Notes under the pieces: model-generated | The model's input: only the letters and a program-made list of their open reading frames with translations | Told to the model about the DNA's origin: nothing | The model's database searches: none | Assembly: GCA_018060545.1 (NCBI GenBank) | Contig: JAGOVW010000001.1 | Span: 61,203 to 125,202 of the forward strand | Length of the DNA stretch: 64,000 nt | Source: Minisyncoccota bacterium | GTDB lineage: Bacteria; Patescibacteriota; Minisyncoccia; Phycocordibacterales; UBA2100 | Direction: 5' to 3' | Made by a program: the position numbers and the translations under genes | Part shown: piece by piece, positions 35,493 through 44,091 of the stretch | How the letters are laid out: every line of letters starts with the position of its first letter | Position numbering within the stretch: the stretch's first letter is position 1

Positions 35493-36899
35493 TTATCGCA
35501 CCAATTGTTGAGCAATGCCCACGTAATTCTCTGGGGTAATTGCGAGCATGCGCGCCTTCACCTCATCACTCACCAGCGTTGAATCGAGCGAGTGCACGAA
35601 TGCATGCAGATCCTCAAGAGTCATCTTCGCTCCTCGCGAAACACGTTTGAGCACCCCATATGGGTCTGGGTACCCCACACTGCGCAGTATCATCTGGTAC
35701 GCCTCCGTAATTACTTCCGGATGATTACGCAGCACAGTACGCATGAGTTGCTCGTGCGCCATGATCTTGGACAGACCAGTGACGATATTTTCGTACGCAA
35801 CAAGCGCATATCCAAATGCAACGCCAAAATTTCTTTCTACCGTGGAGTCAGATAGATCGCGCTGCAGTCGAGATATAGGAAGCTTCCGCGAGAAGAACTC
35901 GAAGAGTGCATTTGCTAGTCCTAGATTTCCCTCACCGTTTTCGAAATTGATGGGGTTTACTTTGTGCGGCATCGTCGACGAGCCTGTTTCATCTTTCTCC
36001 ATTCGCTGCACAATCCAATCATCACTGATGTAGCGCCACAGGTCCTGACACATATCGATGAGTATCGTGTTTGCACGCATGATTGGCGCGAACAATTCTG
36101 CGTAGGTGTCATGCGGCTCAATCTGCGTGGTAATGAGATTTGTCTCAAATCTCCAGGCTGCCGAGCTGGCAACCTGAGCGCAGAAAGCAAGCGAAACATC
36201 CTGCCAATCAATACCGGGAAAAACCACATAATCCGCTGCGTAGTTTCCACTCGCGCCGTTCATCTTGATGAGAATTGGCTGGGATCTGAGATCAGCCATC
36301 TGCCGGGCAAGCCTTCTTTCGAAAACTAAAAACTCCTTACCCAGCGTCGTAGGCGTGGCTGGCTGCCCGTGGGTGCGCGAAAGCATGGGGAGTGCTGCGT
36401 ACCGTTGTGCATATACCTCAAGTACGCTTCGAATTCTTTCAAGGCTCGGCAGTACAACTTCAGAGAGTGCCCCAGCGAGCATGAGCCCGTATGCCACATT
36501 GTTCACATCCTCCGATGTGCGTCCGAAATGTACCCACTCAACAAGATCTGCCGCGCCGATATCTAGCAAATGCTGGCGGATGTATATTTCACACGCCTTG
36601 ACGTCATGGTTGGTTCGCGGGTGCCCGCGCCATCCGGTAGTCTCGATAGCCTTGATGCTTATGGCACCTTTGCCCATCTTGAACTGGCGAACCAAATCAT
36701 CAAGGCTTTCCATCTCGTGTGCAGTAAGTGAGCGCACGGGGAATCGCTGGTCGTTGGCCAAAAAGCGCAGCCACGCAACCATCACCGTGACACGGTGGTA
36801 CATAAGTGCCTCTTCACTAAAATGTGGCGCCAGCGCTGCGCCATACTTCTGGTACCGCCCATCAAGTGGGGAGAGAGCCTTAAGCGTAGCAGAGTTCAT
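35493..36899 (-). CDS. purB: Adenylosuccinate lyase
   Basis: MNSATLKALSPLDGRYQ...; the fumarase/ASL family signature region SSTMPHKVNP. Confidence 0.9.
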   Translation of the reverse strand: MNSATLKALSPLDGRYQKYGAALAPHFSEEALMYHRVTVMVAWLRFLANDQRFPVRSLTAHEMESLDDLVRQFKMGKGAISIKAIETTGWRGHPRTNHDVKACEIYIRQHLLDIGAADLVEWVHFGRTSEDVNNVAYGLMLAGALSEVVLPSLERIRSVLEVYAQRYAALPMLSRTHGQPATPTTLGKEFLVFERRLARQMADLRSQPILIKMNGASGNYAADYVVFPGIDWQDVSLAFCAQVASSAAWRFETNLITTQIEPHDTYAELFAPIMRANTILIDMCQDLWRYISDDWIVQRMEKDETGSSTMPHKVNPINFENGEGNLGLANALFEFFSRKLPISRLQRDLSDSTVERNFGVAFGYALVAYENIVTGLSKIMAHEQLMRTVLRNHPEVITEAYQMILRSVGYPDPYGVLKRVSRGAKMTLEDLHAFVHSLDSTLVSDEVKARMLAITPENYVGIAQQLVR

Positions 36900-36977
36900 T
36901 AGTCATTCCTTTCGAGATAACGAGCTAAACTTGGTGCACTATAGCAACACGGGTTTCGTGCGCAACGGGATGTGAGA

Positions 36978-37004
36978 GAACCCCGGCACTCAGTGCCGGG
37001 GTTC
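36978..37004. repeat. Palindromic element gaaccccggcactcagtgccggggttc (copy 2), upstream of purB
   Basis: Identical to the 35455 copy. Here it is followed by cattttttgg on the plus strand. Confidence 0.55.
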
Positions 37005-37018
37005 CATTTTTTGGCTCA

Positions 37019-37420
37019 TTACAAGCGTTTCACAAGTCTCAGATACTGCTCGATGATGGAGTAGTGGTCGAGCACGAAACGCGCTTGTTCTTGTTTCACG
37101 CAACGCACAGGAAGCAAGACAACGCGTGTCTTATATGTCTCTTCGTAAACCACACCATACGCACTGCCGTAGTACACATCCGTCACGTAGGGGCCACGGG
37201 GGTCGCGACCTTCGGCATCAAACGTTCCTACGATTCCTTCGATGCATGCCGTGAGTCCTGTCTCCTCTTTGAGTTCACGACATATGGTCTCTGTGGTCGT
37301 TTCTCCTGGTTCGCATTTCCCACCGGGAAGCGCGAGTCCGCATGGGGCGGAGAGACGCTCGATTAATACGAGTGTTTCACCAAGGCACACCACCATGTCA
37401 GCACAACGAATTGATGACAT
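37019..37420 (-). CDS. NUDIX hydrolase (small)
   Basis: Nudix box GGKCEPGETTTETICRELKEETG. Start at Met 37420, 4 nt after the apt stop. Confidence 0.7.
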   Translation of the reverse strand: MSSIRCADMVVCLGETLVLIERLSAPCGLALPGGKCEPGETTTETICRELKEETGLTACIEGIVGTFDAEGRDPRGPYVTDVYYGSAYGVVYEETYKTRVVLLPVRCVKQEQARFVLDHYSIIEQYLRLVKRL

Positions 37421-37424
37421 CAGG

Positions 37425-37946
37425 TTACTCCTTGTCGCTAAAGACAGTAAGTGACTGGATGTCGTGTGGAGCAAGTTTGGAGCGTCCATTAAGACCATCC
37501 AGCTCCACCACAAACGCGCACCCAGCAACCCGACCACCTGACGCTTCAATAAGTGCACACGCCGCAGCAGCAGTTCCACCTGTTGCCAAGAGATCATCAA
37601 TCACGAGCACGCGCGCACCTTGTGGCACCAGAGATGGTTTCATTTCAATCGTGTCCGTACCGTACTCAAGTGCGTACGTGTGTGCGAGAGTCTTCCCAGG
37701 CAACTTGCCTTTCTTGCGAATCATGACGAACGGGAGCCGCAGTGCACACGAGACCGGCGTACCAAACAGAAAACCCCGCGCATCAAGTGCCGCCACTACA
37801 TCAACAGACCCTTTCCACCGCGCCGCAATGGTATCTACCACATGAGCAAGTACGTCCGGTTGTGAAAGGAGTGGTGATACGTCGCGAAACACGATGCCAG
37901 GTTTCGGGAAGTCTTCAGCACGTTCAATGTACGTTTTTAAGTTCAT
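37425..37946 (-). CDS. apt: Adenine phosphoribosyltransferase
   Basis: PRPP-binding VLVIDDLLATGGT; an Apt-like N-terminus. Confidence 0.9.
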   Translation of the reverse strand: MNLKTYIERAEDFPKPGIVFRDVSPLLSQPDVLAHVVDTIAARWKGSVDVVAALDARGFLFGTPVSCALRLPFVMIRKKGKLPGKTLAHTYALEYGTDTIEMKPSLVPQGARVLVIDDLLATGGTAAAACALIEASGGRVAGCAFVVELDGLNGRSKLAPHDIQSLTVFSDKE

Positions 37947-37962
37947 CTGCAGTCTCCACTTT

Positions 37963-38958
37963 CTAGAAGAGTTGGCTCACACTGCCACCAACGAGCGATG
38001 CTTGATAGACAGCCTCTGCGAGAAGCGTGTCCATCGAAACCACACTAAGCCACTTGGCATGCTCAGCAAGGAAGTCTTCGTCACGTGGAATAGAGTCAGT
38101 GCACACAACGCGATGCCCACTTTTTGCAAAACGCTGCGTAGCATTGCCACTCAGTATGCCGTGCGTTGCCCACACTTCAACACTCACCGCACCGCGCCTC
38201 ATAAGAGCGGTCGCAGTCGCGTCTATCGTGCCGCCCGTGTCGATGATGTCATCGCACACAATCACCCTTTTCCCAGCGACTGACTCGCCAATTAGGAAAT
38301 CGACATTTGCAACACCTTCTTCGTCGCGACGTTTCTCAAAAATCGCAACGGGAACCTTGAGCCGTTTCGCCACGGAACGCGCGCGAACCGCACCACCGAA
38401 ATCGGGGGACACAACCACCACATCAGAAAAATGGGGACCGAGTCGCTGTTGTCCATCTTCGGCGAGCAGTTTCAAGCAGGTCAGATTATCAACGGGTATG
38501 TTGAAAAATCCTTGCGCTTGGTCGGCATGCATGTCGGCTGTGATGATGCGCTCTACTTTCGCATTCGTTTCAATCAGGTCTGCAATCAGGCGCCCTGATA
38601 TCGGCATGCGCGGCTTGTGCTTCCGATCCTGTCGTAAGTACGATATGAATGGAAGCACCGGTGCAATACTTTCTACAGACGCCCGCGCCAGCGCATCATT
38701 CAATACCAACATCCGCACGAGTGCATCGTTTGGTGTTGGATGTTGCATGGCATGGAACAGGAACACGCGCTGCCGTCGCAGTGTTTCAGGAATCAACGGC
38801 AACACCTCCCCATTCGAGAACACCTTGTACGGTATCCGGTGGTGGGGGAATAGTTCGCCATGATTCCTTTCGATGAGCGCGCAGCACCGTGCAGCCATAT
38901 CGTGCATGTGCGGCGTCGAAACCACCACAAATGGACTTGCTTTCTGTCGGTCTTTCAT
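37963..38958 (-). CDS. prs: Ribose-phosphate pyrophosphokinase
   Basis: Two PRT-type domains; VIVCDDIIDTGGT. Start at Met 38958. Confidence 0.85.
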   Translation of the reverse strand: MKDRQKASPFVVVSTPHMHDMAARCCALIERNHGELFPHHRIPYKVFSNGEVLPLIPETLRRQRVFLFHAMQHPTPNDALVRMLVLNDALARASVESIAPVLPFISYLRQDRKHKPRMPISGRLIADLIETNAKVERIITADMHADQAQGFFNIPVDNLTCLKLLAEDGQQRLGPHFSDVVVVSPDFGGAVRARSVAKRLKVPVAIFEKRRDEEGVANVDFLIGESVAGKRVIVCDDIIDTGGTIDATATALMRRGAVSVEVWATHGILSGNATQRFAKSGHRVVCTDSIPRDEDFLAEHAKWLSVVSMDTLLAEAVYQASLVGGSVSQLF

Positions 38959-39021
38959 GAGACACCTTTCTGTCAAAGATCACTGCCGGCATCCTAGCGC
39001 GATCCGGGGAAGCACGCACGT

Positions 39022-39789
39022 ATGAGCCATAATTTGTACCATTTGGTGTACAATTGTGGCATGACGCGTCCAATACCTCTTTCCGTTATATGCAGTCGTC
39101 TCGGCTTACCAAAAGGAAGTGCCGAGGTGATCCGCGCCCTCGAATCAGGTGATGCCTTGAGTATGAGTTCTGTAGTGCGTACCGCACACATCCATCGACC
39201 AGCAGCGTACCGCGCAGTCCGCGCATTGCATGCGCGCGGTATCTTGGAATCTCACAAGAATGGAAAGCGTACAACCTTCCGCAGCAAAGGTACAGAAACA
39301 CTGGTATCGCTGTTTGCTGAAACGACGTCCACCGTAGCGCAGACCGCACGCTCTGCGCAGAAAGCCGATCCAACGTTTGCTCACGTACGGTATCTGACAG
39401 GAACAAAGGGTATTACGGAGATTTTTGCAGACGTACTGCAGCATACAAAAAAAGGCGATACGTTCTTCCGATACACCTCTGAGCGAAATCTTGATGAAGT
39501 AAACAGCTACTTACCAAAAGACTATCGTACAATGCGCGATCGCAAAAAAATTGAACGACAAGTAATTAGCAACGTTCATTCAGGAAGTCGGAAGCGTCCT
39601 CGCCTTGAGCGCTTTGTTAAGTTCCTAGGAGGAGACAAGGAGCATTTCACGCAAAATGCCATCCAGCTCATCTATGGCACACGGATTGCATTTATTGATA
39701 TCACCAGGAAGGAATGTTTTGTTATCGAGAATGAAACACTGGCAGAGTTCCAGAAGGTCATTTTTAAAGCCTTGTACCGGCGTCTTTGA
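39022..39789 (+). CDS. Predicted transcriptional regulator with an N-terminal winged-helix (TrmB/MarR-like); the C-terminal domain is unknown
   Basis: wHTH-like segment (GSAEVIRALESGDALSMSSVVRTAHIHRPAAYRAVRALHARGIL); the rest is unassigned. Confidence 0.4.
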   Translation: MSHNLYHLVYNCGMTRPIPLSVICSRLGLPKGSAEVIRALESGDALSMSSVVRTAHIHRPAAYRAVRALHARGILESHKNGKRTTFRSKGTETLVSLFAETTSTVAQTARSAQKADPTFAHVRYLTGTKGITEIFADVLQHTKKGDTFFRYTSERNLDEVNSYLPKDYRTMRDRKKIERQVISNVHSGSRKRPRLERFVKFLGGDKEHFTQNAIQLIYGTRIAFIDITRKECFVIENETLAEFQKVIFKALYRRL

Positions 39790-39853
39790 AAGACCCTTCC
39801 CATATTCCCACCGTTTGCTAAGGTCTACCCAGAAACCAGTACTGGAGGATGGC

Positions 39854-40288
39854 ATGGCACCCTACAAGGTTGGCTTTACTTGTGGCGCATTTGACCTGTG
39901 CCACGCAGGGCATGTACTTATGTTCGAGGAATGCAAACAGGTCTGTGAGTACCTCATTGTGGGCTTGCAATCAGATCCAAGCCTAGATCGCAGTACTAAA
40001 AACAAGCCCATTATGTCCCTGGAAGAACGCTTCACTATTTTGCGAGGGATTCGCTACGTGGACGAGGTGGTGGTCTATCACACCGAGGCAGCTCTGTATG
40101 AGCTTCTAAAAAACTATAGTGCCGTGATACAGGTGCGCATTATTGGTGCCGATTGGAGAGGTCAACCTTACACGGGGCACGACCTGTCAATTCCCATTCA
40201 CTTCAACACTCGTGACCATGGCTACTCGACCAGTGAACTGCGCAGGCGAGTCTTCCACGCCGAGAGAGCTCGCATTCAAGATTTATAG
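39854..40288 (+). CDS. Cytidylyltransferase-fold small enzyme (TagD / glycerol-3-phosphate cytidylyltransferase-like)
   Basis: GFTCGAFDLCHAGHVLMFEECKQ ((H/T)xGH motif); RYVDEVVVY; GADWRG. A GGAGG RBS 6 nt upstream of ATG 39854. Confidence 0.65.
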   Translation: MAPYKVGFTCGAFDLCHAGHVLMFEECKQVCEYLIVGLQSDPSLDRSTKNKPIMSLEERFTILRGIRYVDEVVVYHTEAALYELLKNYSAVIQVRIIGADWRGQPYTGHDLSIPIHFNTRDHGYSTSELRRRVFHAERARIQDL

Positions 40289-40308
40289 GAGCCCCAGAGC
40301 CGCTCGCA

Positions 40309-41556
40309 TTGCGAGCGGCTTCACATTATTACGCATGCTACACTGCCGGCATGAGCAGCATGGATGCGTTCGACAAGGTGCGGAAAGGGGCTGACCGAAG
40401 AATCCTCCACGCAAAAGCGTTAGGCATGGACGAAGCATATGCGCGTATGCTGACCGACCGCCGCAAAAACATGGACGAAATTATTCGCGACCCTGAGGAA
40501 AATGCCTTGTTTGCGCATTTTTTGGAGAAAAACTACCCTGTGGCTGGCGAAATGGTGATGGCAAACATGCTCGATAGTAGCGCCCCTGCCACTCCAGCAG
40601 CTATAGAATCCCAAGCCACACTTGTGCAGCAGTTTAACGAGCGCATGTCGCTTGCCGAGGGCATCACGAACAAACTAGGCGACGCAGACATAGAAAAGAT
40701 AATGTCCGCCATGGAGGAGAATCACGCAGCAACAGGCACGGCGTCGAGCATGAGTATGTTCCTTGCCGCCATGGACTCTGCCCCACGGGCAGAAGCAGGA
40801 GCCCTGCTACGCCTCACTATCAAGCGCATCGCGTGCGAAGAGCCTCACCAACTGAGTCAACTGCAGAATATGCTGTACCAACTCACCTGGATGGAGCAAA
40901 GAAAGGAGAGTAGTCTCTACAAGAAAACTGAGGCTCGACTCGCAAAGGTGTGCAAAAAATATGATGTAAGTGCATCCACACTTGCCCCGCTATTTGACCC
41001 AACAGATCCAGAAGCAGACACCAAACGCCGCGCATACATCTCCAAACAAGTTGGCCTCTTGCGCACATTTACTGGGAGTGCTCGGCGCAACATTGCGAAA
41101 GCGGTAACCGGGGTGCACGAGTTACAGGAATTGATGGACGAAGACAGAGAAAGCCTCGGCACATTCCTCTCTAACACACTTGCACACCGCCAAGAGTTTC
41201 TTCACTCCATCCAAAACGTGGCAGCTGGAATAAAACCGGAAGTAGGGCAGACAGACCCGCTATTTCAAGAGCAAGCCCCTGCGGTGGGAGTACTAGAACT
41301 GGGTGCAGAAAGTGATGACGCCCTTGTCGCACGATGGACTGCCGAGAAGAACGCGGTGGCAAAAAGCCTGGGATACGCCGATTTTGCTGGCGCAGCTGCA
41401 CCAACTGCACCAACTGGCGCAGCTGATGCAGTTCGCAATGCGTGGTTTGCGAAAGAAGAGGTTCGCAGGAAAAGGGGTGGGGACGGATTCTGGGGCCGTA
41501 TCTTTAACGGTTTTTTTGGTCCTCGCAAAACAGCTATTCATTCTCGCCTTACGTAA
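40309..41556 (+). CDS. Hypothetical soluble protein (415 aa); no recognizable domain
   Basis: A long ORF with consistent coding character and no TM segments; the overlapping ORFs in other frames are spurious. Confidence 0.45.
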   Translation: MRAASHYYACYTAGMSSMDAFDKVRKGADRRILHAKALGMDEAYARMLTDRRKNMDEIIRDPEENALFAHFLEKNYPVAGEMVMANMLDSSAPATPAAIESQATLVQQFNERMSLAEGITNKLGDADIEKIMSAMEENHAATGTASSMSMFLAAMDSAPRAEAGALLRLTIKRIACEEPHQLSQLQNMLYQLTWMEQRKESSLYKKTEARLAKVCKKYDVSASTLAPLFDPTDPEADTKRRAYISKQVGLLRTFTGSARRNIAKAVTGVHELQELMDEDRESLGTFLSNTLAHRQEFLHSIQNVAAGIKPEVGQTDPLFQEQAPAVGVLELGAESDDALVARWTAEKNAVAKSLGYADFAGAAAPTAPTGAADAVRNAWFAKEEVRRKRGGDGFWGRIFNGFFGPRKTAIHSRLT

Positions 41557-41557
41557 T

Positions 41558-41806
41558 ATGGATACCGTACTACAACTCGAACAGACGCTACGTGAGTGCC
41601 TTGCACGGGGGGACGAGGCTGCGGGGCGCCAAGCTCTATTAGATGCGCTTCCCAATCTCCCGGAAGAGGTGCGTGGCCGTCTCATGGTTACCTTTCTTGA
41701 GTACGGCCTCGCGGAACTGGACGCTACAAACACGCTTCACAATATGCAGGAAGCTGCCTTGAAAATTCTTGCAGAGCTGGGGGATCAAGACGCTGCGGCA
41801 GAGTAG
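41558..41806 (+). CDS. Hypothetical small protein (82 aa)
   Basis: Starts 1 nt after the stop of the upstream gene. The track ORF 41303..41806 is trimmed to Met 41558. Confidence 0.35.
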   Translation: MDTVLQLEQTLRECLARGDEAAGRQALLDALPNLPEEVRGRLMVTFLEYGLAELDATNTLHNMQEAALKILAELGDQDAAAE

Positions 41807-41816
41807 ATTTTCTCTG

Positions 41817-41850
41817 TAGAAAAATACCACCCTTTGGGGTGGTATTTTTC
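41817..41850. terminator. Bidirectional terminator hairpin
   Basis: aaaataccaccctttggggtggtatttt. Confidence 0.6.
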
Positions 41851-41863
41851 ATTTCTGCTCCAG

Positions 41864-42913
41864 CTAGAACGGGTTCACCGCGCCGCGAATTTCGAAGTGC
41901 AGGTGCGGGCCCGTTGAACGCCCCGAGTTTCCAACAGCACCTATCTCTTCACCTTGGGAGACGATTTGTCCGGCGTACGCATCTACCCGAGACATGTGTG
42001 CGTAGAGTGTTTGTGTGCCGTTATCGTGACGGATTACCACATAAGAACCATACCCACCATTGTATCCACCTGAACGGGCAATAATCACCTCGCCGCCAGC
42101 TGATGCCCAGATAGGGGTTCCTACAGGAGCTCCAATATCTACACCGTTATACCCGTGAATGCCTTGAGTCTTGACGCCGTTTACCGGGCGCTGGTAGAAG
42201 CCACTATACGAAGGCACCTTGCCCGACGTACGAACAGCAATCTTCACCCCAGAAGAACTCTTCTTTGTTTCAGGCTTAGGCACAATGAGTTCAGCATCTG
42301 GAACGATGACAACAGTACCCGCCGCCAGGATTTCGTCCGGCTCAATACCATTGTAAAGCGCAGCCTCCTCAAGGTCGCCTCCGTGTTTTTTAACAATGTC
42401 ACGCAAAGACCCGCCACTTTTGACGGTATAACGAATACCGGTAACCGGTAGAATAACGAGCGAATCGCCTGGGCGTATGTCTTTCGTGCTCTTGATGTCG
42501 TTCGCCCACATGATGGTGTTTACCGTCACATCAAACATCGACGCAATAGTAGAAAGGGTATCGCCCTGTCGTACGGTGTACACGCTTATTTGTGAGCTTT
42601 TTATGCTTTCCTGCACCTCGATGGCGGTTCCAAGGGGCCCGTCCTGGGAGACGAGAGCGGAATCGTCAACAATCTCAATGTCGCCACCCCCACGCCCCAC
42701 AGGATTAATGTTCATTACGGGGGTAGGAAGACTCATTACTTGGACGTTGTCTTTCTTGGCGCCACCGATCCCCTGGGCCGTGTTGAGGATTACCGTAGAG
42801 AGGAGTCCCGCAAACACGCTCGCTCGGGCGATTGTAGGAATAAAAGCCCCGGTCAAAAGAACGAGAGAAATCGTTGAAAGCATTGCGGATTTCGCCGCAC
42901 GGTATGTCGTCAT
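41864..42913 (-). CDS. Secreted LysM-domain M23 metallopeptidase (peptidoglycan hydrolase)
   Basis: Signal/TM N-terminus. Two LysM motifs (YTVRQGDTLSTIA; YTVKSGGSLRDIV). M23 motifs (HGYNGVDIGAP..., YAHMS, GNSGRSTGPHLHFEIR). Confidence 0.8.
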   Translation of the reverse strand: MTTYRAAKSAMLSTISLVLLTGAFIPTIARASVFAGLLSTVILNTAQGIGGAKKDNVQVMSLPTPVMNINPVGRGGGDIEIVDDSALVSQDGPLGTAIEVQESIKSSQISVYTVRQGDTLSTIASMFDVTVNTIMWANDIKSTKDIRPGDSLVILPVTGIRYTVKSGGSLRDIVKKHGGDLEEAALYNGIEPDEILAAGTVVIVPDAELIVPKPETKKSSSGVKIAVRTSGKVPSYSGFYQRPVNGVKTQGIHGYNGVDIGAPVGTPIWASAGGEVIIARSGGYNGGYGSYVVIRHDNGTQTLYAHMSRVDAYAGQIVSQGEEIGAVGNSGRSTGPHLHFEIRGAVNPF

Positions 42914-43427
42914 CTGTGAAAGGAATCCTTTTACAGATGAGTCACGTTGGTTTTTTTCTATAAGCGGTTACAGGCAAGTTCTTTGAAAGCTTCCGCCTCT
43001 TTGTCACGAAGAGGCACGGGATTGAACGGCGTCTTGCCTGTGAGGTTGCCAGATGGGGTTCCTATGAACTAACCCCGATCCGACTCAAAAGAGGGTACCA
43101 AAGCAGGTAGAGCGGGTCAACCCTTTTATGACTTCATCTTGATATGCAAAACCCTTTGTTTAAGCCATTTTTTCTCCATAGACCCTTGAAAAGCGTTGAA
43201 AAACAAGGCCAAATGAGAACGTGTGTATAGCCCAAAAAATGGCTTAAAATATAGGGTTGAAAAACTTGCTTTTTGTACCATAAAAAAGCCCGCCACCCTC
43301 GAGCACCATTCCTTGCAGCAGTTTGCGGCGGGGTAGGGCCAGCCTGTAAGGTAGAGAAAAGAGGTCAGCAGTCGTTAATTTTATGTTTTGCGCGACTCTG
43401 CTTCGGGGCATGGCACCCCCATAAAGA

Positions 43428-43452
43428 AAGACGGGGGCCGTTGGCCCCCGTC
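43428..43452. terminator. Terminator hairpin downstream of the high-GC membrane protein gene
   Basis: agacgggggccgttggcccccgtct. Confidence 0.5.
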
Positions 43453-43483
43453 TCAGCATGTCGCAGGAACTGCCGCCTATGGA

Positions 43484-44026
43484 TCAGAAGTTCGATCCCG
43501 AGGCGATGGTGCGCTGCAGCGTGCGCGCGTTGATGACGTTGGCGACACCGGCCTGGACGCAGTTGATGAGCGTCAAGGTCAGAAACTCGGTGTTCGAGAA
43601 GATCTTGGCCAGCGCGTAGCCCTTGATCGTGACGTCAGCCGCACCAAGGACCAACAAGATCACCTGGACCCCGGCCATGAGAATCATGCCGTTGACCTCG
43701 AAGGTGTTGTTGATGCCAGGATGCGAGATCCGCAGCTGCTCGGCGATCGCCATCATGGCAGCCGCCGTGATGAGGAACCAGACCCACGAGAAGCTGTACG
43801 AGCCGACCGAGAAGGCGATGGCGTGCGGGTCCGTCTTCATGTAGTGCCCGTAGACATAGCCGCCGATGTAGAGCAGCAAGATGTAGAAGAACCCCGGCGA
43901 AGCCTTGAAGGTCCTCATCAGGAGCCCCGGTGCGGCACTGCGCTTTGCCGAATCGCGGCCAACAACCGCGGCCCGACGCTGATCGTCATCGTCATGATCA
44001 ACAGCACCAACGTTATGGTCTGCCAT
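43484..44026 (-). CDS. Hypothetical polytopic membrane protein encoded in a visibly high-GC segment (candidate horizontal acquisition)
   Basis: ~4 hydrophobic helices. The N-terminus carries an acidic DHDDDDQRR stretch. Third codon positions are strongly G/C-biased relative to neighbours (by eye). Confidence 0.5.
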   Translation of the reverse strand: MADHNVGAVDHDDDDQRRAAVVGRDSAKRSAAPGLLMRTFKASPGFFYILLLYIGGYVYGHYMKTDPHAIAFSVGSYSFSWVWFLITAAAMMAIAEQLRISHPGINNTFEVNGMILMAGVQVILLVLGAADVTIKGYALAKIFSNTEFLTLTLINCVQAGVANVINARTLQRTIASGSNF

Positions 44027-44091
44027 AGTGCAGTCTCCTTTGTTGCTCTACCCCTCCACAGGAGTAGCCGTAGTGGACTCTACTACATAAA

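Noticed and set aside
36978-37010. The purB-flanking palindrome as a plus-strand terminator (it is followed by a T-run)
   Set aside because: No plus-strand gene ends there; both neighbours are on the minus strand. It is listed as a repeat element instead
40309-41806. Track ORF 41303..41806 (167 aa), overlapping the 415-aa gene in another frame
   Set aside because: Only its last 82 codons, after the upstream stop, are non-overlapping and plausible. It is trimmed to 41558..41806
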